64,000 bases of DNA from an uncultured Alphaproteobacteria bacterium (GTDB taxonomy: Bacteria > Pseudomonadota > Alphaproteobacteria > RF32 > CAG-239), in contig CASFQO010000013.1 in NCBI GenBank assembly GCA_949297145.1, forward strand, positions 82,768 through 146,767. Direction: 5' to 3'. Below the pieces are notes generated by a model. That model was not told the DNA's origin. It saw nothing but the letters and a program-made list of their open reading frames with translations, and searched no databases. The stretch's first letter is position 1. The number at the start of each line of letters is the position of its first letter. The position numbers were made by a program, and so were the translations under genes. Positions 1-9,783 of this stretch are shown here, piece after piece.

Positions 1-83
1 TGCGGATTCCAACGACGTGCGTGGTGTCCGAAGTGTACGCCGGCTTCTACAAGCTGACGTAATGTAAATGTAGGAAGTGTCAT
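1..83 (-). CDS. rpsB: 30S ribosomal protein S2, first 27 codons (gene runs off left edge)
   Basis: Reverse complement reads MTLPTFTLRQLVEAGVHFGHHARRWNP, the conserved S2 N-terminus; absent from ORF track because truncated by the edge. Confidence 0.85.
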   Translation of the reverse strand, partial: MTLPTFTLRQLVEAGVHFGHHARRWNP

Positions 84-213
84 ATTTTATTTTTCCTTAT
101 TTTCCGGTTAAACCTCCGCAGAATATCGGCCCAGAATATTCCAGACACCGGAGCGTGTAGCTTTGCTTAATTACTTAAGTTCTGCCGACGCTTTCTCTGC
201 GTGTGAATTATAT

Positions 214-238
214 AAAAAACAGCACCATTGCTGTTTTT
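214..238. terminator. Symmetric hairpin AAAAACAGCA-CCAT-TGCTGTTTTT, possible bidirectional terminator
   Basis: Perfect 5-bp GC-containing stem flanked by an A-run and a T-run. Confidence 0.5.
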
Positions 239-315
239 CGCGTGCTTTATATCTTATTTTTATTTATTTTGCAACTCTTTTTTAACTTTTTATTCAATTT
301 TTTCTTTGTTTTTAC

Positions 316-354
316 ATAAAAAAACCGCATTCTCTTTGTTGAGAAAATGCGGTT
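316..354 (-). terminator. Rho-independent terminator of gene 389..1066
   Basis: AACCGCATT (323..331) pairs with AATGCGGTT (346..354); T-run follows on the minus strand. Confidence 0.7.
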
Positions 355-388
355 CTTGGGCCTTTGACTTACAATATTACTCTCAATT

Positions 389-1066
389 TTACTCTCTTTC
401 GTAACTTGAAATAAAATCGTAAATCTTTTGGTGAGGTTCTCCATGCAGCGTTGCCAGCATCAAAATTTGGCGAAGTTCTCGTTTGCGTGGGTGTTCCAAA
501 TCTCCATCGGCCAAAGCCAAACCTATCAGCGAATCGGCAATTTGTACCGATACGGCAGAAAACTTTTCACCCAGCAAATCCCTTAATGTGTTTGCACTTA
601 CCGAAAACAAAGCGTCTATAGCCTCCGGATCTTGCGACATCCGTAAAATGTTCAAAGCCTCTTTTGCAAAATCTTCACGTAATCCATAATAAGCTGACAA
701 ACCCAGCAAAATCGTTATGACGCGTGGAAGCTTATCTTGCACCAAAACTTTTTCCAAAGCGGGAAGCTTTTCTCCTTTGGATATCCAAAAGACTTTTGAA
801 CCATTCTTAGATTTGTCGTCTTCCATCTTTTGAGAAAACACCAGAACAACGCGTTCTTCATCAGTCTGCTCCATCGACGTAATCTCTTGCTCATCCGCAC
901 GGTAATACGTGATGTAATCGCCGCATTTTAACTTACTTATATCTGCTGAAATCGGAAGAACAACCAAATCCTCCTTCTGCAAAATATAACTCTTTACTTT
1001 GATTGACTGAAAACCTCCAGCGATGTCAATTCTTGTGACACAAGCTGTAATTGGACCTTTTGACAT
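389..1066 (-). CDS. Hypothetical protein, C-terminal half TerB/DjlA-N-like (uncertain)
   Basis: Long ORF; start moved to MSKGPITAC (ATG 1064..1066); C-terminal pattern LALADGDLEHPRKRELRQIL resembles TerB-type helical domains. Confidence 0.55.
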   Translation of the reverse strand: MSKGPITACVTRIDIAGGFQSIKVKSYILQKEDLVVLPISADISKLKCGDYITYYRADEQEITSMEQTDEERVVLVFSQKMEDDKSKNGSKVFWISKGEKLPALEKVLVQDKLPRVITILLGLSAYYGLREDFAKEALNILRMSQDPEAIDALFSVSANTLRDLLGEKFSAVSVQIADSLIGLALADGDLEHPRKRELRQILMLATLHGEPHQKIYDFISSYERE

Positions 1067-1287
1067 AATAAATAAAAAATTAAAGTTATACAAATAATAC
1101 AAAATTCTTTCGTTCTATACACCATCTTTTGACAGAAAGCAAGTTTTTTGTGTATTTCTTTTCTTCATCCCGTCATATTTTGTAAATTTCTGTTTAAGAT
1201 TTCCAGTTTTTGCTTGTATTCGCGCTTTTCTTTTTATATATTTCTGCCAGTTTATATATGTGTTTTTGTCTTAATCTGAGGAAAAAT

Positions 1288-3276
1288 ATGAGTGATTTGT
1301 TTGAAAATTCCGCAACGGCTGTTAAGGAAGAATATTCAGCTCGTGATATTGAAGTTCTGGAAGGGCTTGATCCAGTCAGACATCGTCCGGGTATGTATAT
1401 CGGCGGCACCGATGAACAGGCTTTGCACCATTTGGTCGCGGAAATTTTGGACAACTCAATGGATGAAGCTGTCGCTGGTTATGCTTCGAGAATTGACATT
1501 ACACTCAATGCCGATTATTCCGTAACCATTACCGATAACGGACGTGGTATTCCTGTTGATGACCATCCGAAGTTTCCGGGAAAATCTGCTCTTGAAATTA
1601 TTTTGACAACTTTGCACTCCGGTGGTAAATTTGGCGGTAATGCTTATAAAGTTTCCGGTGGTTTACATGGTGTTGGTTCATCTGTGGTCAACGCGCTTTC
1701 TTCTAAACTTGTGGTTGAAGTTGCTCGTGATAAAAAACTTTATCGTCAAGAATATTCTCGCGGCAAACCTCTCACTCCTCTGGTTTTGGTCGGAAATGCC
1801 CCTAATCGCCGCGGTACAAGCATCACCTTTTTACCTGATGAAGAGATTTTTGGTGCTGATAATAAATTTGTACCGGCGAAGGTTTATCGTATGGCTCGCT
1901 CTAAAGCTTTTCTCTTTAAGGGAATTAAAATCTTTTGGAAGTGCGCTCCGGAGCTTTTGACCGAATCTGACGGAATTCCTCAAGAAACGGAATTTAACTT
2001 TCCAAACGGATTACTTGATTTCTTAAATTATCAAATCGGGACAAGACCAACGATAAATCGCGCTCCTTTCTTTGGGGAAGCAGATCTTGCCGGTGATGAA
2101 GGTAAAGTTGAGTGGGCAATTACGTGGCCTGAAGATGAAAAAGGTTTTTGCTCTTCTTATTGTAATACGGTTATTACGCCGCAAGGCGGTACGCACGAAC
2201 AAGGCTTCCGTACAGCCTTACTCAAAGGGCTTAAAGAATATGCCGATATGGCCAATATTAAAAAAGCGGCCGGTATTACGGCTGAAGACTTTTTAAGCGA
2301 CGCGGCGATTATGCTTTCAGTCTTTATTCGTGATCCGCAATTTCAAGGGCAAACGAAAGACAAATTAACCTCCACAAAAGCTGCTTATTTGGTTGAAAAA
2401 GCCGTTAAAGATTCTTTTGACCACTGGCTTTCTTCTGATAAAGAAAATGCCAGCGCGTTGATTGAATATGTTGTGGACAGAGCGGAATTACGCAAAAAAA
2501 GAAAAGAAGAAAAAGTACAAAACCGTAAGTCTCCAACAAAGAAATTGCGTCTTCCGGGGAAACTTGCCGATTGTTCTAAATCTGCGGCTGAAGATACTGA
2601 AATTTTTATCGTTGAGGGAGATTCCGCGGGCGGTTCTGCTAAGCAAGGACGTGACCGTATGACACAGGCCATTCTGCCGCTACGTGGTAAAATTCTTAAT
2701 GTTGCCAGCGCAAGCCTTGATAAAATTACACAAAACCAAGAAATTAAAGATATGATTGAGGCGCTGGGTTGCGGCACGAAGGATAATTATAAAGAGGAAA
2801 ATTTGCGTTATGAAAAAATCATCATCATGACCGATGCTGATGTTGACGGTGCGCATATTACCTCGCTATTGATGACGTTCTTTTATCAATATATGCCGAA
2901 GTTAATTGAAAATGGGCATTTGTTTATTGCAACACCGCCTCTTTATAAAATCGTTTTTGGAGGCAAAAACTACTATGCTCTGGATGATGAGGAAAAAGAT
3001 AAAATCTTAAGCAAAGCCAAAGCTAATCAAAAACCGGATATCAGCCGCTTTAAAGGTTTGGGTGAAATGAGCGCTTTGCAACTTCGCGAGACAACCATGG
3101 ATAAAAATAATCGTGTTTTGTTGCGTGTTGTTGTGCCGACGGCTAATACGGAAGAGGCTCGCGATGAAGCCTTTGAAACCAGACGTCAGGTTGAGCGTTT
3201 GATGGGGAAAGATCCGGAACAACGTTTCAAATTTATTATTGAACGAGCTAAGTTTGCCGAGGATTTGGATATTTAG
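1288..3276 (+). CDS. parE: DNA topoisomerase IV subunit B
   Basis: GHKL ATPase and TOPRIM motifs (LEGLDPVRHRPGMYIGG, EILDNSMDE, IVEGDSAGGSAKQGRDR, IIIMTDADVDGAHI); 662 aa fits ParE rather than ~800-aa GyrB; GAGG RBS before ATG 1288. Confidence 0.9.
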   Translation: MSDLFENSATAVKEEYSARDIEVLEGLDPVRHRPGMYIGGTDEQALHHLVAEILDNSMDEAVAGYASRIDITLNADYSVTITDNGRGIPVDDHPKFPGKSALEIILTTLHSGGKFGGNAYKVSGGLHGVGSSVVNALSSKLVVEVARDKKLYRQEYSRGKPLTPLVLVGNAPNRRGTSITFLPDEEIFGADNKFVPAKVYRMARSKAFLFKGIKIFWKCAPELLTESDGIPQETEFNFPNGLLDFLNYQIGTRPTINRAPFFGEADLAGDEGKVEWAITWPEDEKGFCSSYCNTVITPQGGTHEQGFRTALLKGLKEYADMANIKKAAGITAEDFLSDAAIMLSVFIRDPQFQGQTKDKLTSTKAAYLVEKAVKDSFDHWLSSDKENASALIEYVVDRAELRKKRKEEKVQNRKSPTKKLRLPGKLADCSKSAAEDTEIFIVEGDSAGGSAKQGRDRMTQAILPLRGKILNVASASLDKITQNQEIKDMIEALGCGTKDNYKEENLRYEKIIIMTDADVDGAHITSLLMTFFYQYMPKLIENGHLFIATPPLYKIVFGGKNYYALDDEEKDKILSKAKANQKPDISRFKGLGEMSALQLRETTMDKNNRVLLRVVVPTANTEEARDEAFETRRQVERLMGKDPEQRFKFIIERAKFAEDLDI

Positions 3277-3463
3277 GGGCTACTTCTTGCCTTGAAATAA
3301 TGAAGTCAGTTTGCCGACAGATAAGAAAGCGGTTATCCTCAAAAGCATATGGAGTTTTTACGATAGATAAGAAAGGCTGTTTTTACTGTCTTTCTTATTT
3401 GCGCATAGTCTTTCATCTTTTGAGAAAGAAGTATTTCTATCCGTTCCCTATTCCTTTTGATAT

Positions 3464-4981
3464 TTAGTCATAAGCACGGTAATATCGCTTTTTATAGTCA
3501 AAATCACATTTTAATTGGCTATATTCCGGTTTTAAAATGTATATGACGTTGGAATTATCAAAGGGCTTGTAATATTTATTTATAAAATTCATATCCGGTG
3601 TATGGACATTTTTATCTATGCCGCGTTCGGCAAAATATTTATCTTTATACGGCGCGACATAGATAATTTTTGGCTTATATGTCTTAATGACTGCATTTAT
3701 ATCCATTAGCGGATGTATGCCTACCTTTGCCCCGATAACGTCTAACTGTCCGAGTAAATTCCAATAGTAATGCGGGTCGCGATTATATAAGTTATACAAA
3801 TTACCATCTCCGTTGATGACGTAATCGCATGGCGTTGTGACACGAACGATTTTTTTATTCAACGGGTCATAAAAGCGTCCAACTTTATCTCCCAAATTTC
3901 CATTATATACAGATGGTTTATACATACAAAATGCAAGGGCTGCTATGAGCAGATAAATTAAGGCAAAATGTTTCTTGAACACTTTTTCCTCTAAAAACAT
4001 TGCACTTAGTATCGCCGCTAAATATATCAGCAAATAAAAATAATAGGCAAAAGCAGAAAAATACAGCAAGCGTTGCGCCAGCTCCGTTAGAAATAATATG
4101 GTCAGTATATTAAAATAAATATTTCTTTGACGTATAAAGCAAATTATCGCTAAGAAACTTCCGACCAATAACAATTTCAACTCCGGCCAAATCATCCCTT
4201 GCCTACGCTCTTCGGCAAATAAATCCGGTATGTAGAGATTAAAAATAAAATTTGAACGGAACCAAATTGCCAAAATATCATTGTACCATAAATACAAGGC
4301 ATAACCGAGGCTCAAGCCTACCGGCAAAAGCATGGCGTAGATGACGGCTTTCCACCTGATGACTTTTTTATATAGTAAATAAAAGGTCACCAAAGCTAAC
4401 ACCGCCAGAGCAAAAATGATTTTTTGCAAAAACATAAACGATACCCAAAATAACAACATCGCTATGCTTAACTGACTTATTTTTTGTTCCTTAATATGGC
4501 AAAGATAAAAGTAAAGGCCGGCAAAGAAAGCCGTCATCATAAAATTATCCGGTCGAAAGTTTACAACCGATACGACAACATATGGCGTCAATGCTATAGC
4601 TGCCGCAATTATTCCACCCAATTTATCGGTTAAAAAACGCGAGGCTATCAAATATAAAAAGTAATAATTCAAAAACGAACTTACTATTGCCGCGCTCACA
4701 ACCGTGGCCGTAATGATATTATCATCCAATCCTTGTGCGTGCAACCCGACAAAGGGGGCAAACAAATACCATAACAGAGGGTTATGATGTTGAAAAAAAT
4801 CTTTGTATGGGATAAAATTTGCATACACTAACCACGAGGAGTGAATATGCTCCAGTGTATCTCCGCCTAAGGTGTTTGTTTTCCAGGCAATATACAAACA
4901 AAAAAGTAACCCATAAGCCAGGTGCCCCAGTAAAAAAAATGCCGGAAACTTTTGATATATTTTCTGTAATATTTGCGGCAT
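3464..4981 (-). CDS. Polytopic membrane protein, GT-C (ArnT/PMT-like) glycosyltransferase suspected
   Basis: Over 10 hydrophobic segments plus a C-terminal soluble domain; start at MPQILQ with AAGGAG RBS just after the pit stop. Confidence 0.5.
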   Translation of the reverse strand: MPQILQKIYQKFPAFFLLGHLAYGLLFCLYIAWKTNTLGGDTLEHIHSSWLVYANFIPYKDFFQHHNPLLWYLFAPFVGLHAQGLDDNIITATVVSAAIVSSFLNYYFLYLIASRFLTDKLGGIIAAAIALTPYVVVSVVNFRPDNFMMTAFFAGLYFYLCHIKEQKISQLSIAMLLFWVSFMFLQKIIFALAVLALVTFYLLYKKVIRWKAVIYAMLLPVGLSLGYALYLWYNDILAIWFRSNFIFNLYIPDLFAEERRQGMIWPELKLLLVGSFLAIICFIRQRNIYFNILTILFLTELAQRLLYFSAFAYYFYLLIYLAAILSAMFLEEKVFKKHFALIYLLIAALAFCMYKPSVYNGNLGDKVGRFYDPLNKKIVRVTTPCDYVINGDGNLYNLYNRDPHYYWNLLGQLDVIGAKVGIHPLMDINAVIKTYKPKIIYVAPYKDKYFAERGIDKNVHTPDMNFINKYYKPFDNSNVIYILKPEYSQLKCDFDYKKRYYRAYD

Positions 4982-4991
4982 TTTTTGCTCC

Positions 4992-6044
4992 TTATGGGAT
5001 AAATATGGTTTGCTTAAATACATTTTCCATGAAAAACAGCGAAATAAAACTTAGGGCAAACGCTATTATCGGGGTGGCTATCCAGCCCGATACCACGCGC
5101 AATATCAGACTCCATTTAATTCCCTTGCCGCCCTTTACCAAGCCTATCCCCACGATCGCTCCAATCACGGCTTGGGTGCTGGAAACAGGAACAGCCGGTA
5201 TCGGCGGCAAATTCATGGAAATGAGAAAACGCTCCAAACTTTCTGATGAAAACAAAATCAACACCAGAGATTGTGATAAAATAACAATCCATGCCACCGT
5301 CGGCGAAAATGACAATACATTTTTACCTACCGTGCGAATAGCTCGTTGCGAATATGTAAATATCCCGACACATGCGGCAATAGCTCCCAATAAAAAAAGA
5401 ACTTGTATACTGCTTAAGGTATAAAATGTCCCTAATTTTATCGGCTCCAAGACATTCGAATCTATAAATACACCCACAACGTTTGCCATATTATTTGCTC
5501 CCAGCGCAAAACCTCCCAGTGCTGTGGTTAAGACCATTCCTACGCGTACGGCCATATCTTGCCACAAGATGTGCACTTTACTATGATGCAGGAGCTTTTT
5601 CACGCAAATATATAAACCGACGGCTATAAAGCCTGAAATTATCGGGCAGAATATCCATGTCGCACAAATGTTGGTTAAGGTTTCCGTATCGGTTGGTTTG
5701 TGATTATAGACGTTCCAGCCGATAATTCCCCCCACAATTGCCTGTGAGATGGATACACTTATGCCGGATTTTAGCATCATCAGTACGGCTAATGCTGATG
5801 ACAATGACACGGTAAATGCGGCTGGCAGAGTATTTACCTCACCTAATGTATTTAATGTTTCCGCCGTATTTTGACCGCTAAACACAGCGCCCAATACTAA
5901 AAATATACTGGCAATCACGGCCGCTGTTGTGAAGCGTAGCATCTTTGTACCAACAGCCGTACCAAAAATATTGGACGCATCGTTAGCGCCTAATGACCAC
6001 CCGAGAAATAATCCACTTGATAAAAAGAACAGATATTCCAGCAT
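4992..6044 (-). CDS. pit: Inorganic phosphate transporter, PiT family
   Basis: Duplicated PHO4 signature (GANDASNIFGTAVG near N-terminus, GANNMANVVG in second half); polytopic. Confidence 0.9.
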   Translation of the reverse strand: MLEYLFFLSSGLFLGWSLGANDASNIFGTAVGTKMLRFTTAAVIASIFLVLGAVFSGQNTAETLNTLGEVNTLPAAFTVSLSSALAVLMMLKSGISVSISQAIVGGIIGWNVYNHKPTDTETLTNICATWIFCPIISGFIAVGLYICVKKLLHHSKVHILWQDMAVRVGMVLTTALGGFALGANNMANVVGVFIDSNVLEPIKLGTFYTLSSIQVLFLLGAIAACVGIFTYSQRAIRTVGKNVLSFSPTVAWIVILSQSLVLILFSSESLERFLISMNLPPIPAVPVSSTQAVIGAIVGIGLVKGGKGIKWSLILRVVSGWIATPIIAFALSFISLFFMENVFKQTIFIP

Positions 6045-6047
6045 CGC

Positions 6048-6707
6048 TTAAATTTCCCGTTTGATGGCAAAGATAAGCAAAGCATCAATGCAGTCTTCAG
6101 CTAAATCCGCAATATCAGCTACTTCTTCAATGAAATTATTTATTTGCATTTTGTGCGCTAAATCTAAGTCTGAATCAAAAACTTCATTACGCAATTTGGC
6201 TGCGGTTTTATCGCTTTGATGTTCCAGTAAATAAACTTTTTTGGAATAATCGCGAAGTGTCACCAAATCTCTGAAAAAGGCTCTGGAAGCTATTGCCATA
6301 TTTTCGGCACAATCTGCAACTTGGCCGACCAGCTCTTGCAGTTGAGCATGATATTCTTCAGGAATATTTGGACGCTCTATATAAAATTTATGAGCAACTT
6401 CATCAAACAGATTGATGACCCTATCCAAATTTTCTACCAACTCCAAAATGTTTCCGCGTAAATCCGGTATTAAATTTTGTTCGTAGAGTTTACTTTCTAT
6501 CTCGCGGCGCAAAATATCCGAATCATGCTCTATTATCTTTATTTTTTTGCTGGTGTGACGATATTTTTCACTGCGCTGCTCTTGTAAATATATACTCACG
6601 GCTTCTTTGAAGACCATGGTCATTTCGATTATTTTATCGTGGAGGCTGTCTATATTATGTTCCAAATCTCTGGTTCGCGCAAATAATGATATCTTCACAT
6701 TAAACAT
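6048..6707 (-). CDS. DUF47 / PhoU-like phosphate-transport regulator
   Basis: About 220-aa all-helical protein immediately upstream of pit (3-nt gap), the usual DUF47-Pit pairing. Confidence 0.75.
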   Translation of the reverse strand: MFNVKISLFARTRDLEHNIDSLHDKIIEMTMVFKEAVSIYLQEQRSEKYRHTSKKIKIIEHDSDILRREIESKLYEQNLIPDLRGNILELVENLDRVINLFDEVAHKFYIERPNIPEEYHAQLQELVGQVADCAENMAIASRAFFRDLVTLRDYSKKVYLLEHQSDKTAAKLRNEVFDSDLDLAHKMQINNFIEEVADIADLAEDCIDALLIFAIKREI

Positions 6708-6881
6708 TTATCTTTTGTTCCCTTCCTTTTATCTTTTCAGAATCGTCTTTTTTTCCCTATTATTGTTTATTTGATTTTAAACCGGTGCACTTTGTCAACA
6801 TATTTTTATTTTTGACTTGCATTTATTTTTTTATTCTCCTACTTTTTAAGGGTTATATAACATTTTTTAAGGATGGGAAAT

Positions 6882-7631
6882 ATGCAAAAAGATAATATTA
6901 TTACCGTTTTGGTATCTGTTATTGCGAGCGTTGTTGTGTCTGTCGCTCTCTGCTCTACTGTTTCAGATTCTAAAATGTCAACTTCTGCTTCTGCCGGTTC
7001 TCAAGATATCAACCAGGCTATTGAAGATTATTTGATGAATAATCCGAGCAAGGTTCGTGAAGCTTTGGAATTGGCTGCTCAACAAGAACAAATTGAAGCT
7101 CAAAAACGTATTGCCGAACTTTATAAGGCTAACTGGAAAGATTTAAGTTCTTATGAAGGTTCTCCTTTTGTTGGACCAAAGGATGCAAAAGTTACTATCG
7201 TTGAATTCTTTGATTTCAACTGCGGCTACTGCAAACGTTTAGCTCCTGAACTTTTGAAAGTTATTAAAGCTAATAAAGATATTAAAGTTGTTTTCAAACC
7301 AGTAACTTTCTTGGGTTCTATGCCTGCTGCTAAAGCTGCTATGGCTGCTAATAAACAAGGTAAATTCTTGGAAGTTTATGAAGCTTTGTTAACTCATAAC
7401 GGTCAAGTTACAACCGCTGTTATTGATGAAATTATCAAAAAAGCCGGCCTTGATGTTGAAAAAACAAAGAAGTTAATGGAAAGTGATGAAATTGCAAAAG
7501 AAATTTCTGACATTTCTGCACTTTCTCAAAAAGTTCAAATTCGTGGCGTACCGACTTTGATTATGAATGGTGAAGCATTGCAAGCTATTGATGCTGCTAC
7601 TATTCAGACCGCTATCGATAATGCAAAATAA
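6882..7631 (+). CDS. DsbA-family thiol:disulfide oxidoreductase, N-terminal membrane anchor
   Basis: FFDFNCGYCKRLAP CxxC motif and C-terminal RGVPTLIMNG cis-Pro loop; AAGGA RBS favours ATG 6882 over 6873. Confidence 0.8.
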   Translation: MQKDNIITVLVSVIASVVVSVALCSTVSDSKMSTSASAGSQDINQAIEDYLMNNPSKVREALELAAQQEQIEAQKRIAELYKANWKDLSSYEGSPFVGPKDAKVTIVEFFDFNCGYCKRLAPELLKVIKANKDIKVVFKPVTFLGSMPAAKAAMAANKQGKFLEVYEALLTHNGQVTTAVIDEIIKKAGLDVEKTKKLMESDEIAKEISDISALSQKVQIRGVPTLIMNGEALQAIDAATIQTAIDNAK

Positions 7632-7651
7632 TTTTATTCGATTGCACTCCG

Positions 7652-7681
7652 GCCCGTTCTCTTTGAGGACGGGCTTTTTTA
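7652..7681 (+). terminator. Rho-independent terminator
   Basis: GCCCGT (7652..7657) pairs with ACGGGC (7669..7674), followed by T6. Confidence 0.75.
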
Positions 7682-7775
7682 TTGCGAAAATTTGATGATT
7701 GTGCTTAAAAAATATTGCATCTATGGTAAATGACGCTAAACTTAGACGTGTTTTTGATATGTTTGTGAGGGTGTT

Positions 7776-8576
7776 ATGAAAATCTTTTTTAAATATTTAA
7801 TGGTTTTGATTGTTGCTGCGCTTGGAGCCACCGCTGTTCTTTATGCCGATGCGCATTGTCCGAAAAAAAATGCGCAACAAGAACAAATGATGAACCAAGC
7901 TATTGAAAATTACATTCAACAGAATAAAGAAAATATTGCCAAACTTGTTTTGGATAGTGATGCTTTTAAGGCGGCTCAACAACACAAGCAAGAAACGCTT
8001 GATGCACAAAATGGTGAACAACAAGAAAGTGCTGCTGTTGAAGAAAACAATCCCAACAAAATCTATTTGGATCATTGGGATGAAATGAAAAACAGTAACA
8101 TTGCGCCTTATGCCGGCCCGAAAAATGCTAAAGTGACGGTTGTTGAGTTTTTTGATTTTGCTTGTGGACACTGCAAAGCTTTGGCTCCGGTTATGGCTCA
8201 ATTGATTAAAAACAATCCCGATGTTAAATTCGTCTTTAATCCGCTCTTTTTCATGAGCGAACATTCACCATACGCCGCAAAAGCTTCTTTGGCCGCTTTT
8301 CAAAAGGGTAAATTTGTGGAAGTTTTTGAAGGCATTATGACACTTCCTGAAATGAACGAAGAGACAATTAACCAAATTCTTGCTGATGAAGAACTTAATG
8401 TTGACGAAATTAAACAAATGATGGAGCAAAAGGAAATCCGTCGTGGGATTCAAGATATTGATGCTTTATCGCAAGTTTTGGGAATTAACGGCGTTCCTAT
8501 GGTGCTTATTAACGGAGAGCCTTTTTATGGACGTAGTTTTGATGAGCTACAAAACAAAATCAATAGCTATAAATAA
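7776..8576 (+). CDS. Second DsbA-family oxidoreductase (paralog of 6882..7631)
   Basis: FFDFACGHCKALAP CxxC and NGVPMVLING; same architecture as the upstream gene. Confidence 0.8.
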   Translation: MKIFFKYLMVLIVAALGATAVLYADAHCPKKNAQQEQMMNQAIENYIQQNKENIAKLVLDSDAFKAAQQHKQETLDAQNGEQQESAAVEENNPNKIYLDHWDEMKNSNIAPYAGPKNAKVTVVEFFDFACGHCKALAPVMAQLIKNNPDVKFVFNPLFFMSEHSPYAAKASLAAFQKGKFVEVFEGIMTLPEMNEETINQILADEELNVDEIKQMMEQKEIRRGIQDIDALSQVLGINGVPMVLINGEPFYGRSFDELQNKINSYK

Positions 8577-8584
8577 ATGGGCTT

Positions 8585-8627
8585 AAAAAAATCATCCCCT
8601 GAAGCTTGCAAGCTCAGGGGATTTTTT
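8585..8627. terminator. Bidirectional terminator between convergent genes
   Basis: CCCCTGAAGCTT pairs with AAGCTCAGGGG, flanked by A7 and T6. Confidence 0.75.
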
Positions 8628-8636
8628 GTTTTCAAA

Positions 8637-9683
8637 TCAAGGTTTGAACACCTGTCCGGATTCACCATATATTTCGCCATCTTCAAATAAAATACCCAAA
8701 ATTGCGCCATCATACAGTTTATCCAACGTTTTTGTTTTGGGATTGAAACGGCGTACTGTTCCATATACTCCGCTAAAACCTTCTTTGTCATACACTTCAC
8801 AAATCAGCGTTGTTGATTTTCTTCCCAGAGACATTCCTCGATATAATTCTGTGTACTCAAAGTGTTTACCAAGAAGTATAACAGTTTCCATACCTTCATG
8901 AAAAATGACAGATGATACAGACAATGCATAGCATGATGGATTATGTTTCTCATCGCTATAAATTCCCCAAACTTGATATCTGTCATCATCTTTTATGATT
9001 AGATACTCATTTGGGACACCCGCTCGTATTACTTCTCCGTTATAAATCACTTCTATCTCATCCTTTTCAGGCACTAAGATATTTTCGCAAGTGTATTTAT
9101 CGGCTGAGATTTCTGTGTATCCATCGTCCTGTAGGATATTTAAAATAATCTTTTCATCAGCTTTATTTTTAGGCGATAAAAAAACATTTTCTCCTACTCT
9201 TTGTCCGAGCTCTTGGATATCTTCGCTATACTTATTTATAAGCATCCATATCTCTTCTCCGTCATTGCTTTTGGAGCTATAGATGAAAGCATTGTTGCTT
9301 CCGGCATAAATTTTCCGATTATACTTGCTTGCAAACACCATATATTCTGATTTTTTTGTCTGAATCAGAATTTCATACGTTGCGGGGCGATATTTATGCT
9401 CTATGCGGTAAACATAAACTTTGCACCGTCTAGTTCCCATCTGCACTGAAAAGTAATCATCTGCGCACAATACCAGCGATAGTCCTTGTAAAATGAAAAA
9501 TATTCCACAAACAAACATTAACCATACAAACATTTGCATATCTGTATCTGGTAATAGAAATATTATACATAAAATGCTGACTATAAGCCCCACTATAGCC
9601 ATGAAGCCATCTGCACTACATACCTTTTTCCATGCGGAGCGTTCGCTTATACGCGACAATCTCCAAGACATCAATCTATCCAT
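8637..9683 (-). CDS. Hypothetical membrane-anchored protein (two N-terminal TM helices)
   Basis: 348-aa ORF; no recognisable family. Confidence 0.55.
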   Translation of the reverse strand: MDRLMSWRLSRISERSAWKKVCSADGFMAIVGLIVSILCIIFLLPDTDMQMFVWLMFVCGIFFILQGLSLVLCADDYFSVQMGTRRCKVYVYRIEHKYRPATYEILIQTKKSEYMVFASKYNRKIYAGSNNAFIYSSKSNDGEEIWMLINKYSEDIQELGQRVGENVFLSPKNKADEKIILNILQDDGYTEISADKYTCENILVPEKDEIEVIYNGEVIRAGVPNEYLIIKDDDRYQVWGIYSDEKHNPSCYALSVSSVIFHEGMETVILLGKHFEYTELYRGMSLGRKSTTLICEVYDKEGFSGVYGTVRRFNPKTKTLDKLYDGAILGILFEDGEIYGESGQVFKP

Positions 9684-9783
9684 AAAACATTATAATTTAA
9701 GTGATACAATAATTGTTAACTGGCGTGAATTGTATCTATTTTTGTTGATTTGTCAAATATTTTGTGAGAGTAAATAACGCTTA

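Noticed and set aside
1210-1287. N-terminal extension of the parE ORF (MLVFALFFLYISASLYMCF...)
   Set aside because: It is a hydrophobic low-complexity translation of AT-rich upstream DNA. The conserved ParE sequence starts at ATG 1288, which has a GAGG RBS.
1288-3276. Calling this gene gyrB
   Set aside because: At 662 aa it lacks the ~170-aa insertion typical of proteobacterial GyrB. It fits ParE in size and C-terminal region, and there is no adjacent gyrA-type context.
4819-5424. 201-aa plus-strand ORF
   Set aside because: It is antisense to the well-supported pit gene and the GT-C-like gene, and it spans their junction. It is a shadow ORF.
7797-8264. 155-aa minus-strand ORF
   Set aside because: It is antisense inside the second DsbA-like gene, which has clear CxxC motifs.
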